Below, piece by piece: positions 24,622 through 39,606 of a DNA stretch of 64,000 nt. The translations under genes and the position numbers were made by a program. The notes beneath the pieces are model-generated. The model was given only the letters and a program-made list of their open reading frames with translations. It ran no database searches and was not told where the DNA came from. Source of the DNA: Octopus vulgaris (Eukaryota); the NCBI GenBank assembly GCA_951406725.2, contig OX597815.1:20646001-20710000 (forward strand), written 5' to 3'. Numbering within the stretch: the stretch's first letter is position 1; each line of letters opens with the position of its first letter.

Positions 24622-25032
24622 CTCTCTCTCTTTACTTGTTTCAGTCATTTGACTGCAGCCATGCTGGAGCACCGCCTTTAGTCGAGCAAATCGACCTCGG
24701 GACTTATTCTTTGTAAGCCCAGTACTTATTCTATCAGTCTCTTTTGCCGAACTGCTAAGTGACGGGGACATAAACACACCAGCATCGGTTGTCAAGCAAT
24801 GCTAGGGGGACAAAAACAGACACACAAACATATACACACACACACATATATATATATATACATATATACGACAGGCTTCTTTCAGTTTCCGTCTACCAAA
24901 TCCACTCACAAGGCATTGGTCGGCCCGGGGCTATAGCAGAAGACATTTGCCCAAGATGCCACGCAGTGGGACTGAACCCGGAACCATGTGGTTGGTTAGC
25001 AAGCTACTTACCACACAGCCACTCCTGCGCCT
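24622..25032 (-). mobile_element. SINE family A, full-length young copy
   Basis: Complete head, internal microsatellite and 3' tail; the best reference copy in the window. Confidence 0.9.
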
Positions 25033-25214
25033 GTGCAATATACTTTTCTAATCTAGGCAGAAGGCTCGAAATGTTTTGGGAGAGGGATGAAAGGCATAGC
25101 TAGATAGATAGATAATGAATGAATGTGTGTGTGCATGCGCCTGTGTACTTTTCCGTTATTGGTGAGATCAACAAAAAAGCGAGAAATAAATTTCACTTAG
25201 TATATACAGGATTT

Positions 25215-25410
25215 AAGGCGGTAAGATGGCAGAATTGTAATCACACCGGATAAAACACTTAGCAGTATTTCGTCCATCTTTACGTTCTGAGTTCAAATTC
25301 TGCCGAGGTCGAATTTGTCTTTCATCCTGTCTAGCTACTTTTAGGGGAGTGGGTAATTGACTTACCCACTCCCCTAAAATTTCCAGCCTTCTGCCTATAA
25401 TTGAAAGGAA
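25215..25410 (+). mobile_element. SINE family B, diverged
   Basis: aaggcggtaagatggcagaa...ctgagttcaaattctgccgaggtcga. Confidence 0.7.
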
Positions 25411-25578
25411 TATCCACAGGATATAAATATGAACTTAGAGAGGAGCCATGCTGAATTTGAGTCTGAATGATTACACCATAGTACATAGAAGTCTTTACTT
25501 GCTCGTCCAACTATTGTACAAACAGAGCATGAAATTTTTAGTGGCTCACATTTGAATCCTGTGTATATTAAATGCCAT

Positions 25579-25643
<65 letters not shown>

Positions 25644-25680
25644 CGTTTGTGTGCGTGCGTGTGTTTGTGTGTGTGTGTGT

Positions 25681-25822
25681 ATTCCCTCCGTTTTTCTCGC
25701 TGTAATGTTTCGCCTCTCGTCTCTTTCAGTCAAAGAGCATAGGTTCGAAACATCAAAGTCTTTTCCATTCTTCTCGAGCGTCCCCTCACCTGTCTTTGTC
25801 TTGTTCTCTGTACATTTGAACT
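25681..25822 (+). mobile_element. HHR repeat family 2-related, diverged copy
   Basis: 25722-25758 reads tcttt CAGTCAA A GAGC ATAG GTTC GAAAC ATC AAAG; the downstream gagcgt...cacctgtctt matches family 2. Confidence 0.6.
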
Positions 25823-25847
25823 ACACACACACACACACGCGCACACA

Positions 25848-25909
<62 letters not shown>

Positions 25910-26170
25910 GTGTGTTAATGTGTGTATGTATTATAAGAGATAGAAAACACAATATCATTTATATTCAAAACCATTATTACATTGAGATAATATAAAATTG
26001 GAGCTTAGTTTACTGTTAAAATTTGAGTACCAAAGTCTGTGAATATTTCTTACTGGCATAAGCACCTATCCAATACATATATTCAGCTACCTGTTCGTCT
26101 GTCTGTCTGTTTGTCCGTCTATCTCTGTATCTATCTCTCTATCTGTTTAGTTATCTCTCTCTCTCTCTCT

Positions 26171-26387
26171 TTCAAAATGTGACCGTGTGTGTACCGTTGG
26201 CGATTTTTTTCCTTCGACTTCCCTTTTTTGGATCTTTCCTTTTCCTATGTTTCTGACGAAGAGCTCCGCTCGAAACGTTAAATCCTCCTTCTTTCTTTCC
26301 TTTCCTGAGCGTCCAATAATACTATACTTATTCCACGTCCTCGCGTTGTTGTGTTTTCTCTTTGTGTTTTCATGTTTGGATTAACTA
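26171..26387 (+). mobile_element. HHR repeat family 1, copy 2 (core at 26253-26279)
   Basis: gttt CTGACGA A GAGC TCC GCTC GAAAC GTT aaat; ends in (TA)n. Confidence 0.8.
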
Positions 26388-26801
26388 TATATATATATCT
26401 ATATCTATATATATATATATATATATGTATGTATGGGTGAACGTATGTATGCATGAATACACATACACGCACATACATACATGCATATGTATGCCTGTAC
26501 ATGAATTGGTGTGTATATTTACCCTTTAGAGATGTAAAACAATCCCTTTCTGTAGATCAATATCCGATCTCACTCACTTACTCCCGAACCCTTCAATATC
26601 CACCCTCTCATTGCCCATCACTCAGTATATCACCCCTAACTCATCTATCCCTTATAGTCACACCTTACTACACAACACTCACTACTCCATCCTTCATCCA
26701 AATTTTGAAAAAAAACTATATTTCACATTTCGTGAAATATTTCAGAATTTGTTTAGAGCCTCAAAGGTAATTCAAATGGCGCAAACACAACGTGCGCGCG
26801 T

Positions 26802-26866
<65 letters not shown>

Positions 26867-27143
26867 ACACACACACAAACCAAGCATGCAAGCCACGTAC
26901 AACCAAATATACAAAAAGCGCTAATTAGGGACATATGCATATAGACACAAAAATTATGTGTATATATATATATATATACACATACTTGCATATAGTTAAA
27001 CACATGTCTGTGTATACACACACATATGTGCGTACACACCTATACATACACGCACACACATATATATGCAAGCATTCACATCAGCATGTATACAGATATC
27101 CACACATAAATACATACGTACAAACATACACACACACACACAC

Positions 27144-27222
<79 letters not shown>

Positions 27223-27271
27223 AAATGTGCGTACATACATGCGAGTATGCATACACACATACATACATACA

Positions 27272-27388
<117 letters not shown>

Positions 27389-28007
27389 TATATATATGGT
27401 AAAAGCCAAGCTAAATAGTTGTGTTGTCATATAGCAGTGCGTAGTTTGTTTGTCTTCCTTGTTTAAAATACACAGAAGAGTCCTATGTGGAGGAACAGTT
27501 CACACTTCACTGCACAAGCCAGTCTCTTCACACATATACAGAAGAGACACATGAATTATATCACTGAACAGATTGTGTCGTTCCGCGTGAGTGAGACGGA
27601 AAAGGAAAAAAAAAATCAACCACACGATGGTGTAGAAATGTTAGGCTTGTATCAAGCTATCAATCTGTAGCAGTGGAAAACAACAGTAATACAGATAGCA
27701 CGCACAATGCTTAGACAATAGAGACATCCGGACATCTAGCAGAAGCAGCAGCAGCAGCAGCCGTGGGAGTCGTTCGGTCGTTCCCTGTAGAGGGCAGCGG
27801 CAGAGGCAGAGGCAGCGATCGACAGTGGTGCAATCCGTCCCTTGTTTTTTTTTTTTTTCTGTTCTTTTTTCCTTTTCCTTTTCCTTTCGTCCCCTCCTCT
27901 CAACTAAGCAACCGACTAACCTGCCAACCTGTCAACCAGCTAGTAAACTCCACACATACACACACATATGTATATACATATATATATATATATATGTGTG
28001 TGTGTGT

Positions 28008-28078
<71 letters not shown>

Positions 28079-28161
28079 ATGTATATATATATATATATGT
28101 ATATATGTATATATATATATATGTGTGTATATGTATATATATATATATATGTATATATGTA

Positions 28162-28236
<75 letters not shown>

Positions 28237-28646
28237 ATATGTATGTACATGCGTATATACACACTCATATAACCTCCTCATCTTTCTCATAATAATCCCT
28301 GTCCTCTTAAACCCGCCGACCAACCCCCACGTTCGGAATCATTCATACGGTGACAATAAATTCAACAATCGCAAACAAATAAACAAACATAAACACTAAC
28401 AGAGAAGGAGTATACTGCACCACCACCAAAACCACCACCACCACCACCACCACCAGCAACAACAACAACAACAACAGCAGCAGCAGCAGCAGCAAGTAAT
28501 GTTCCTCAGTGACAATTGGAGTGAAAGCGAAAAGCGTAAACAGTAAAAGCTAAACAAGCACAGATGCATAATAAATAAATCATATAAAGAATACACAAGC
28601 ATGTATGTGTGTGTGTGTGTGTCTGTATTGTGCATACACACACACG

Positions 28647-28677
<31 letters not shown>

Positions 28678-28930
28678 GCAAGCATTCACATCCGCATGTA
28701 TACATATATCCACACATAAATACAAACATACAAACACACATACACACATATATATATTTATGTATAAAGATATATATATATACCTATCTATATAAAAAAT
28801 ATATACATATATATGCATGTACATGCACACATATATATACATGTCTATATACATGTATATGCATGTATATGCACACATACATATACATAATATTCACACC
28901 ACACAATGTATGTATATATTTATGTATGTG

Positions 28931-28966
<36 letters not shown>

Positions 28967-29046
28967 CATACATACATGCATATATATATACATATATATA
29001 TATATATGTATATATATACATACATGCATATATATATATGTATTTA

Positions 29047-29690
<644 letters not shown>

Positions 29691-29983
29691 ATAACTAGCA
29701 TATAACATGCGCACATGCACGCAGTGTGCACATAAAGTGTTTCCGGGGTATTGTTTATAATTCATAATTTCCGTTAGAAAAGGAATTAATGGTTTCTCTG
29801 CTACTTTTATTCTCTTTTCCTTTTTTTTTTTTTTCAAGACTTTCTTTTGTTAATACGGTCATATGCTGTTATCTACTCGGTTCTTGATAATCTTGCTAAA
29901 AATTATCTCTCCAACATCCCTCGTAGTCTGTACATCTCTGGTTTTCAGTCTCTCACATTGCATCTCTTCTCCACATACATACA

Positions 29984-30050
<67 letters not shown>

Positions 30051-30184
30051 CTATATATATATATATATATAATACTATATATATATATAATGATACAATC
30101 TACAAATAGTATATCCATAGAGGCATACATACATTCATACTATATATATATAAATATAGATAGATACATACATACATACATACA

Positions 30185-30216
<32 letters not shown>

Positions 30217-30218
30217 CA

Positions 30219-30259
<41 letters not shown>

Positions 30260-30291
30260 TATATACATGTATGTGTTTGTATGCGCGTATG

Positions 30292-30327
<36 letters not shown>

Positions 30328-30347
30328 CATGTATGTGTTTGTATGCG

Positions 30348-30382
<35 letters not shown>

Positions 30383-31236
30383 GATAAACACACATGCACA
30401 CGCGCTCACACACATTTACATAAATTCATATACATTCTCACGCATATAAGCTCATATACAAACACACGCACATCAAATATAGTACAATAGTACACGTATC
30501 TATCCGCACGCTCACGCACACATATAAAAAATCTCACACACACACACGCCCACCTTCACACCTTCACGTAGCAGGAAACAGCGACATTGAGAACCGTGAC
30601 TGTTCCAGTCTCTGATTACCTGCTGGGTTTATTAACTCCAAATCAGTGGGGACCTGAAATCGAACGAGGAGACTGGCCGTCGGCAGGAAAAATTCCATGC
30701 TGCACTAAACATGGATTTACAGTACAACTACCATTTTATCTACCATTTCTAATATATCTAATGGTTTCTTACTTAAATTGATGCCAGCTTACATGTCTTG
30801 CCAGCAGGTAGCCATACATGTCTGTATGTCAGTATCGTGTTGTGCTGTGTCTGTTGTTGCTGTTGTTGTTGTTAGTGTTGTTTTGTTTCTATTGTTAATG
30901 GTTTCATTGTTTTCAACTGCTTTGTACTGAAGCTATAGTGGCACAGATGGTATTATTATCTACTCCTCTACTACGTTCATAAGTCTGTTCTAAGTTCCAT
31001 TTGTGTATCTATATTGATCCTCTTCAACACAGGCACACAATTGCAGTCACACTCAATATACATACACACACATCCACACATACACACACCTATGCAGTCA
31101 TGCGTACGCGCACACATGCACACGCAATATTTCGGCTGATCCAGTAATAATCTGTTACTCTGGATCAGCTCAAATAATTAGTACACACATCTATGTTACT
31201 GAGTACTTTTCGTACGTTAAAAATCAATGGAAATAT

Positions 31237-31340
<104 letters not shown>

Positions 31341-31440
31341 TTAGATTTTTAAAAAAAATCAGATTTGTTCCAACCAAAGATTGGTCTAGTCCGTGTCTAA
31401 CTTAATAACACCATTTATCCTACGAGGTTATTATTATTAC

Positions 31441-31498
<58 letters not shown>

Positions 31499-32550
31499 GT
31501 TTCGTAATAGACCGAAGTACATACCTTGCCTTTACATACAAAATCTTCACATCTTCGTAGACAGAAAGAAAAAAATAACAAAGATCAGTTAAAGTAGTTT
31601 CAACTTTATATTGAAATTTAGCAATTGAATCATCCCTATCTGTCCACCGAGGTACGGCTTATAAATCCATTATTACTAAAAGTTTAAGTAAAACAGATAG
31701 ATCGATTTGCATATATGATGAATGTTTTGGTGGCTAATTCTGTTAATAAGTTGTAGGTGTGTTAACTGAGTACGTTTATATGCAACCTAGTTACTTGGTA
31801 GCATACTTCCGACAAACTGAGGTTTGACATATGTTCTGCGGACTATTGCGCTCTAGTGGAGAAGTGTTGTTCTGGCTTGTTATGAACCAATCTATCATCA
31901 GTCTACTATAACAAGAGAAGCAGTAGTTTTGTTTGTTGCAGCCGAAATGCTGAGTCTTAATACAAATACAGAAATGAAGAATCTTTCAAATATGTGAAAC
32001 TGGTGAACCTTGAATTAACGGGAAAGATACAAAATACAGCAATATGGTCATTGCAAAGTTTCTCTCCGCTTCGATAAAGATCCTTGTCCGCTCGATAGAT
32101 ATTTACTCTTCCTGAGCTAATCTCGTACAAACCTTGTTTCATTTAGTTTTTCTAGCATGTTTATTTAACGTAGCTTAATTTTTTTCCTTTCTGTTTTTAA
32201 TTGAGTTACATAGGAGTCAAATGTTGACAGATTATCAATATTTCGTGTTCTGCACTGTATATTGTAGGTATTGATTATTGCATCCAATAAGTTTCGAATA
32301 CGAGAACAGTGTTGACTGAACGGTAGAGTATGGGGCGCTAAGACCAGCGGCTGTAGGTCATGCTCTCCATGGTGTTTTGGACGAAAACTTTTGACTAACA
32401 CCAACCAAGTCCACCAAACTTTCAATACAAACCGAAGGAGTTATAGCTCATTGGTGTAAACATCAACTGCACAATACTTTGTTCGCTAGCTGTGCTGATT
32501 TCGGTTCATTCCGAAGGATGACAGCGACTGTCCAACGACTAACTATATGT

Positions 32551-32553
<3 letters not shown>

Positions 32554-32643
<90 letters not shown>

Positions 32644-32799
32644 GAAAACTAAGAAAACCCACTATCAAAAGCTGAGTTTAAACATGTTTTCTCTTATTCA
32701 GTATATATATATATTCTTCTTCTTCTTCTTCTTCTTCTTCTTCTTCTTCTTCTTCTTCTTCTTCTTCTTCTTCTTCTTCTTTTTCTTCGTCTTCTTCTT

Positions 32800-32890
<91 letters not shown>
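32554..32890. repeat. Compound microsatellite (TA)n-[63-bp insert]-(TA)n(TTC)n(TTA)n
   Basis: Directly visible. Confidence 0.9.
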
Positions 32891-32891
<1 letters not shown>

Positions 32892-35359
32892 CCCTTATTC
32901 ACTTAACGGTACAGAAACCGTGATTAAATGGTGACCCTAAATTTGGAAAAGATTAGTTTGGCAAAATACGGTGCAAAGTTCCGAATGAGAAATATATTTT
33001 TTTTTAACCTTTGTTTCATAAAATTACATCCCTCCTTGTTAACATTTCCCGTCCATCTTCTATCCGTAACCATTTACAGTTCACATCAACCACACACTCG
33101 TTACCCTATTGAATTATTCAGTCCCGAAGAATTTCTAATCAACAGATTAAAAAAAAAAACAACCAAAAATCATTCATTGCCATTGACTAACCTTGAATTG
33201 GTTTTGATAGATTATCACGGGTTATTTTGACTGTTGCATTACTGTATAGATCCGGAACGTACGTAGTTATAAAACACGCAATTTCTCCCATTTCAATGGT
33301 TATTTTCGAACATTGGATTCAATATTCTCTCATCTTGAAATGAGTACCACTTTCCATATATTATTCATATTGATAGGAAATATGTTCATCTGAGTCATAA
33401 CGGATCCCTAGAGTAATAAACATACGAGTCGACCTTCGGTGCTCTACAGCGATTTCTATATCTCGTAAACAGTTTAATGATTCATTGTGTACAATTGTGA
33501 TTGGATATAAAAAAGAGAAGACAATAAAAGTAAAGTCTGAGGAAACTAGTGATGGTTTATGTTAGTTAAAAAAAAAGATCAAGCTATTAATAACATTAAT
33601 AAATTAGATGGTCATGAGGTAGTGTGATTTGTCACGTTTAGGTAGGTCTCTTCTTTGAAGAAAAGATTAAGCATCACTAAGGTAGATTGTCTTACCTGTT
33701 CCTAATTTCCAAACCTTCTTATGTGAACTGTCTTGTTATTGACTTTGTTGTTTAACCTCACGTCAGTTCTTATTAAATATCAAAGACATTCCAAAACATC
33801 TGTTTTTTATATTTCGGCTATAATGCATCTTGATCTACATAATCCAGTGTGTTCTGCTTTTACGATAGTTGGGTGTAATTTGAGATTTGGATATTTTTTT
33901 TAGCAGGTCGAGCAACCAAATAAAACTCTATAACCAAAGAAATACTTTTCTTGTGTAGACGAAATATTCAGTGATTTAGAAAACTAACTAAGAAAACCCA
34001 CTATCAAAAGCTGAGTTTAAACATGTTTTCTCTTATCCAGTATTTTAAGAAGGTGACTGTAAAACGTAAAACCTTTAATGAGATCTTAAGGTTTAAAGCC
34101 ATCTTCCATGGTATCGAATGAATTTGTGTCTTTGAAATACATCAAAAGAATTTACAGTCAGTGTCACCTTCATAGCGATAGCTAGAGCAATGCATTTATT
34201 AAACAGAATTATTAAATAAATGTGCGACAACGTGAATCTGTCACCGTCTTGTCTGGGTATGTGTGTACATAGCATATAAGTAAATGGTGATCAGATCTTA
34301 ATTCCACAGTTAAATAGTGGAAGGATAACCGAAGTATGCAATGCTGTTATTGATTTCTAATATTGACTCAAAGCCAGTCATTTGTTGGGGATGGTCACAG
34401 TCGATTAAATCTATTCCAGTATATAGCGCTTCACTAATAACGGTAAATATAATTTCATACATAGACAAAGGGTCAGAAAATTGGGGAGAAGTTATTCAAT
34501 TAAATTGACCCCAGTATTTTTCAGCTACTCTATTTTCATCATCCCAGAATGATGAAAGGCAATTTCAGTGGGATGTGAACTCAGAAATACCGCATGGCAT
34601 TTTGTCCGATGCTCTAAGGACTTTGCCATTCCACCACTGTTTAACAATTGTTTCAAAGCTATACCTTTTTTCAAAGCTTTAATTTGGAGGGAAGCTGTTA
34701 ATCGATTATATGTTTATCGACACTCCGAAAGGATGGATGGATGGTAAATCGACTTCGGTGAAATTTGAATTCAGAACGTAAAATCAGAAGAAATGCCGCC
34801 AAGCATTTTCTCCGGCGTTGCTATTGGTTTCAGATTTTCGCACTAGCCCAGAATTTCGAGGTAGAGGAAAGACGTTTGCATCAACCTGAGTTCTTGATTG
34901 GTACTTTAAATTTTTTGATCCTGAAAGATGGAAGCAACAAAAGGAACTAAAATGATAAGGATGATGATGAGGCTGATGATGATGCTGATGATGATGATGA
35001 GGCTGATGATGATGCTGATGATGATGATGATGATAACGAGGAGGAGGAAGAGGAAGAGGAAGAGAGGAGAAGGATAATGATGGTGAAGATGATGTGATGC
35101 TTCCTATGATTATGCTTGATGGTGGGGGTCTAATGGCGTTTGTGTCAGGATTTCAATTAGACATGTTCAGTCCGTAAGAAGGAATAGACGCAATCGGTGC
35201 CGCATGAATAGGAAGAGGTATAACGTTTAGTATTTTATCCAGTTCACCCTTTGTAAACGTCGCTTGTGAAATAGAACATAACAGCGTCTAATTAAATGCA
35301 ATCATATATTATAAAATCCAAATATATAATTATGTGTGGGTATATTTTCCAATTTTTTT

Positions 35360-35770
35360 TTCATTTTCATCTAGTTTCAGCTCACGAGCTGTGGCCATGC
35401 TGGAGCACCGCTATTCGGTGTTGCTACATGATTTTACTTCACGAATGCTTTTTAGCAATTGACATTTGGTGCATGAGAGAGTTTGATGCAGCTGCCCTCA
35501 TCTGCACCTCCTGCCGTGAAGTTGGTTCATCTGGAACACCTGACAGAAAGAGGTCCAGCTTTATTTTAAAGACATCCGCATCCACCCCATGCAGGTCTCC
35601 CAGGTCCTTCGGGAGGATATTGAAGAGCTGTGGACCTCTGAAGCCCGGGCTAATGCAGTATCTTGTCCTACATCTTGATGGCACATTTGGAGTCCTTGGC
35701 ACTATGCAGTGGCGCCCAGTTCTAGCATTTGTGTAACTCTCGATGCCAAAGTTTGGGACAGGTCCTTCCA
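35360..35770 (-). mobile_element. CR1-type LINE 3' fragment (second family)
   Basis: EGPVPNFGIESYTNARTGRHC...GFRGPQLFNILPKDL...FKIKLDLFLSGVPDEP...RAAASNSLMHQ. The 3' UTR ends gcggtgctccagcatggccacagctcgtgagctgaaactag. Confidence 0.85.
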
Positions 35771-36551
35771 TATGTATATGTTGTTGCCTTAGGCATCATA
35801 GAATGAACATCGTTATGACCAAGACCAATCTATATATGACCATTCCTGTGTCTTAGATTTGTGTATTGGTCCGGAACATACATGGTTAGAAAACACTCCA
35901 TTTCTCCCATTTCAAAGGTTATTTTCGAACATTGGATTTGATAGTCTCTCATCTTCTAATGCACCCGTTGACTAATACCAGAGAATATGACATGAGGAAG
36001 CAGGAGTAGGAAAGCTAGAAGAAATGAGTAAGGAACAGCTAGAAAGTGAGAAAGAGTGAGTAATGAGCAACAAGAGAGAGTCAGCAAGAAAGTAGGATAT
36101 TGCTACAGTGGACGTAAAGAGGGCAAAGGATAAGAAGAGAGGAAGAGAGTGAATGAACATGTCACCAATAGATGGAAAAGACAGAAAGAAAGAGTGATAG
36201 AGTGTGAAAGTTCAGGAGAGGAAGATAGAAATACTACAAAGAGAAAATACACTAAACAGACGACACACTGCTGTCATAAAGCCAACTTGAAAGAACGACA
36301 TGACGCGTGACCAGTATATAAGCTGAAAAGGACGTTTTCCTGTTATGTGGAAGCCATAAGATTTTCTTTTCATATATGTTATATATTAAAGATAATTAGA
36401 GAAAATATCGGGAAATATGGAAAGACAATAGTATTAGTTCATTAAATTTGTGTTCATTTTAATACTAAATTCAAGATTCAGGCAGCAAGCTGGCAGAATC
36501 GTTAATACGCCAGAACACATATACATACATACATACATACTCAAATACACA

Positions 36552-36585
<34 letters not shown>

Positions 36586-36609
36586 GCTACACATTCAGAA
36601 AAGGTAAAA

Positions 36610-36841
36610 AGGCGGCGAGCTGGCAGAAACGTTAGAACGCCGGACGACATGCTTAGTGGTATTTCGTCTGCCGTTACGTTTTGAGTTCAAATTCCGCCGA
36701 GGTTGACTTTGCTTTTCATCCTTTCGGGGTCGATAAATTAAGTACCAGTTATGCACTGGGGTCGATGTAATCGACTTAATCCCCTTGTCTGTCCTTGTTT
36801 GTCCCCTCTATGTTTAACCCCTTGTGGGCAATAAAGAAATA
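36610..36841 (+). mobile_element. SINE family B, full-length young copy
   Basis: aggcggcgagctggcagaaacgttag (A-box-like), gagttcaaattcc (B box), central gactttgcttttcatcctttcggggtcgataaattaagtacc, and tail ccttgtgggcaataaagaaat. Confidence 0.9.
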
Positions 36842-38773
36842 ACATTAAAAAAAATAAATAAATTCTTATGAAAATTTTATAATAAATTTCGGCGAAATCA
36901 CCATTGTAATTGTGCAGGATACATTTGTGTGAGTATTTGAGAGTCCATATGCTTCAGTTTGATAGAAAGTGTTCATACTCTTTCTGTCTCTCACTACACA
37001 CACGCACTCAGAACTTCCTGATATGATTCTCGTTATTACTTATATTATGGACTCACATGTTCCTTGGGTTGAGAATATGTTGTTTGTTTTTGTAGAATTT
37101 GATTTCATAAAACGGTATTGAAACTAAATACTACAAAAGATCTACGTTTCTATTAACACTCCACACGATATAACTAATGTATCAAATCAATAAAAGATCC
37201 TCTGTAAGGTCAGTGACCTGCGAGAAATAGCAACTAAATCTCTGTCCTGAGTGACACCTACCATCTTTAAATCATTGAATAATGTAGTCGGAGCTATGTA
37301 ACAGCAGAAAAAAGATTGTGATGGTCATGGCTGTAGTGTCTTTGATAATTAGTTTGCTGGATTAGCACTGAGTTAAATTAAAGGAAAAAGCATTTTATAA
37401 ACATCGTTCGAGGAAGCTGGTGATGGTTTGCGTCGGTAAAACCTTATACAGCGAAACGTGTTTTTCGCTGGCTTACAGTGCTGAGTTTACGTTTTCCAGT
37501 GGGCGTTGTCACTGATAGAAATGTTCACACCAAGGCACAATTCCATCACCTCTATGTCGAACTTAGCTCGGTAGAATATTGAACTCTTCATTTAAACGTG
37601 TCATATGTTTTAAGTGTCCCGCAAAGTGCACGACTTGGTTTCAGTGTCATTTCATGTACGTCGATAGAATCTACGGAAAAGGTCTGAATGTCGCAATACC
37701 CCATTACTCTTCTAATTCAGAAGCCATGTGTCTAATCAAAAGAAAATCAATATTTAGGTTTCAGGTTTTTTTCAGCTTATTCACACGGCTTGATTATTCA
37801 TTTAGGCTGCTTTATAACATGCTCGATGCCAGAAAAGCACACACAGCTTGTACTCTCTCTTCTGCATATGCAATGTTCATAACAGCATTTCAAGTCGCTG
37901 TGTTGTCAATACAAATACATTGATGTACACACGTTATATAGCACGCCTATAGTGTTTTAACAAAACAGTCAATTCCACGAGTAATATGACGACCTTTATA
38001 AGAATATTGGAGGTGGAACAGTCACGTCTCCCCTTCCCACTGAAAATTAGAGCTAATTCTTTCCATGTTGTCTCAAATTAAATATATTTTTTAAAACTTT
38101 TTTTGTTGTTGTAAATCTAGAGTTTGTTTAATTTTATTATTTTTACCTTGCATTTTATTATATTTAAAGAGCAAATACACTACTACTCTGTTAGAGAGAG
38201 TTAGGCACATAAAAAGTGTCGGGAGACACTCGGTTTGGAAAGTATGCCCTCAAGAGAAATTGCGGTCAGTCAAGCTAATGGACTCTAGTCATACTTAACA
38301 AACACCGCCATCTTTCATTGCATATCCGTAGAGAGCTTTTGTTAATGACGGAGTTGGTTGTTCGATACAATTTGACAGTCTCAAGTTCAAACACATTACT
38401 ATAAATTCTGTTTTATGAGAGTTTAGTTGATTTTTTTTTCCTGGTGTTCAGTTTAATTTTTCCTTTAACAACATTCCATTTCCTCCCTGTATTTTGTGTA
38501 TATCATTCTCTTATTTCGATCCTGTCATTTTTATTTCTTCTACAATTTGTGTGTCTTATCTTATCCATACTTTCTCTTCCATTAACATTACTCTTTGCTG
38601 TCTATTATATTGTTTTGTTTCTCACCCATTTTGCACTGTAAGATAGATTTTTCTAAAAGACCACCCACTTGAGAATTGCATGATTTTTGTTTTGATTCCT
38701 ACTGGAAAGAAGAAATGTGTAATGGCTATCCTACATTTGGCTGGATTACATGTACATCACATAATATCAGACT

Positions 38774-39082
38774 ATGTATGTATGTATGTATGTATGTATG
38801 TATGTATGTATGTATGTATGTATGTATGTATGTGTGTCTTTGTGTGTATGTGTGTATGTATGTATGTATGTATGCATGTATGTATGTCTATGTGTGTGTG
38901 TTTTGTATGTATGTATGCATGTATGTATGTCTATGTGTGTGTGTTTTGTATGTATGTATGTATGTATGTATGTATGTATGTATGCATGTATGATTGTATG
39001 TATGTATGTGTGTGTATGTGTTTTTGTGTGTGTGTATGCATGTATGTATATGAATGTATTTGTGTGTGTGTATATATATATG
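38774..39082. repeat. Compound (TATG)n/(TG)n microsatellite
   Basis: Directly visible. Confidence 0.9.
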
Positions 39083-39134
39083 ATAGATAAATAGACAGTA
39101 TAGAATACCATAGACTATGTTTATATTATATCAT

Positions 39135-39352
39135 ATTAGCAGGCATGTTTCCTGCATCGACTCTGACAAGCTAAGAAGGGAGCGTCTACATAGTCACTTG
39201 ACATACTAGAAATGGCAGCCAAACAACATTCACATGATATTCTGCTGAGTAGACATATCATATTGGATAATGAAAAGACTGGGTGGTTAGAGCTAGTAAG
39301 CTTTTGCTTGCAAGCCCACTTGATCAGGGCTGAGCTGGGGGCTAAATAACAT
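39135..39352 (+). mobile_element. Old dispersed repeat (probable SINE 3' region)
   Basis: The motif gtcacttgac..ctagaaat(g/a)gcagccaaa recurs at about 37210 (+) and about 12740, 33885, 43410 and 63460 (-). Confidence 0.5.
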
Positions 39353-39606
39353 TTATTATGATTCACTGACGTGACCCAATAAGACCAAAGCAATTCGAGA
39401 GTTCTTACCTTACTGCCAAAGACCAAACTCACCTACCCTGACTATAAAGATATAAAAATTATTGTTATATCTTTACAGACCGTAAGGTGTAAGATGATAG
39501 ACTGTCATAAAGCATTGTTTACAGTATTTAATTTCGTTCTTGTAGATTATGATTTAAAATCTCGTAGGAGTTGATTTTAGCTGTCATTTCGCTCGCAACG
39601 TTAAAA

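Noticed and set aside
28420-28495. Poly-His/Gln-like CAC/CAA/CAG tract suggesting a transcription factor exon
   Set aside because: The flanking frames are short and closed with no recognisable domain. I treated it as a simple repeat or possible UTR.
31957-32425. Two short non-repetitive minus-strand ORFs (61 and 86 aa)
   Set aside because: They show no recognisable homology or convincing splice signals, and their lengths are compatible with chance.
34955-35095. Acidic GAT/GAG tract with a 30-bp tandem duplication
   Set aside because: It is a short simple repeat with no supporting ORF context.
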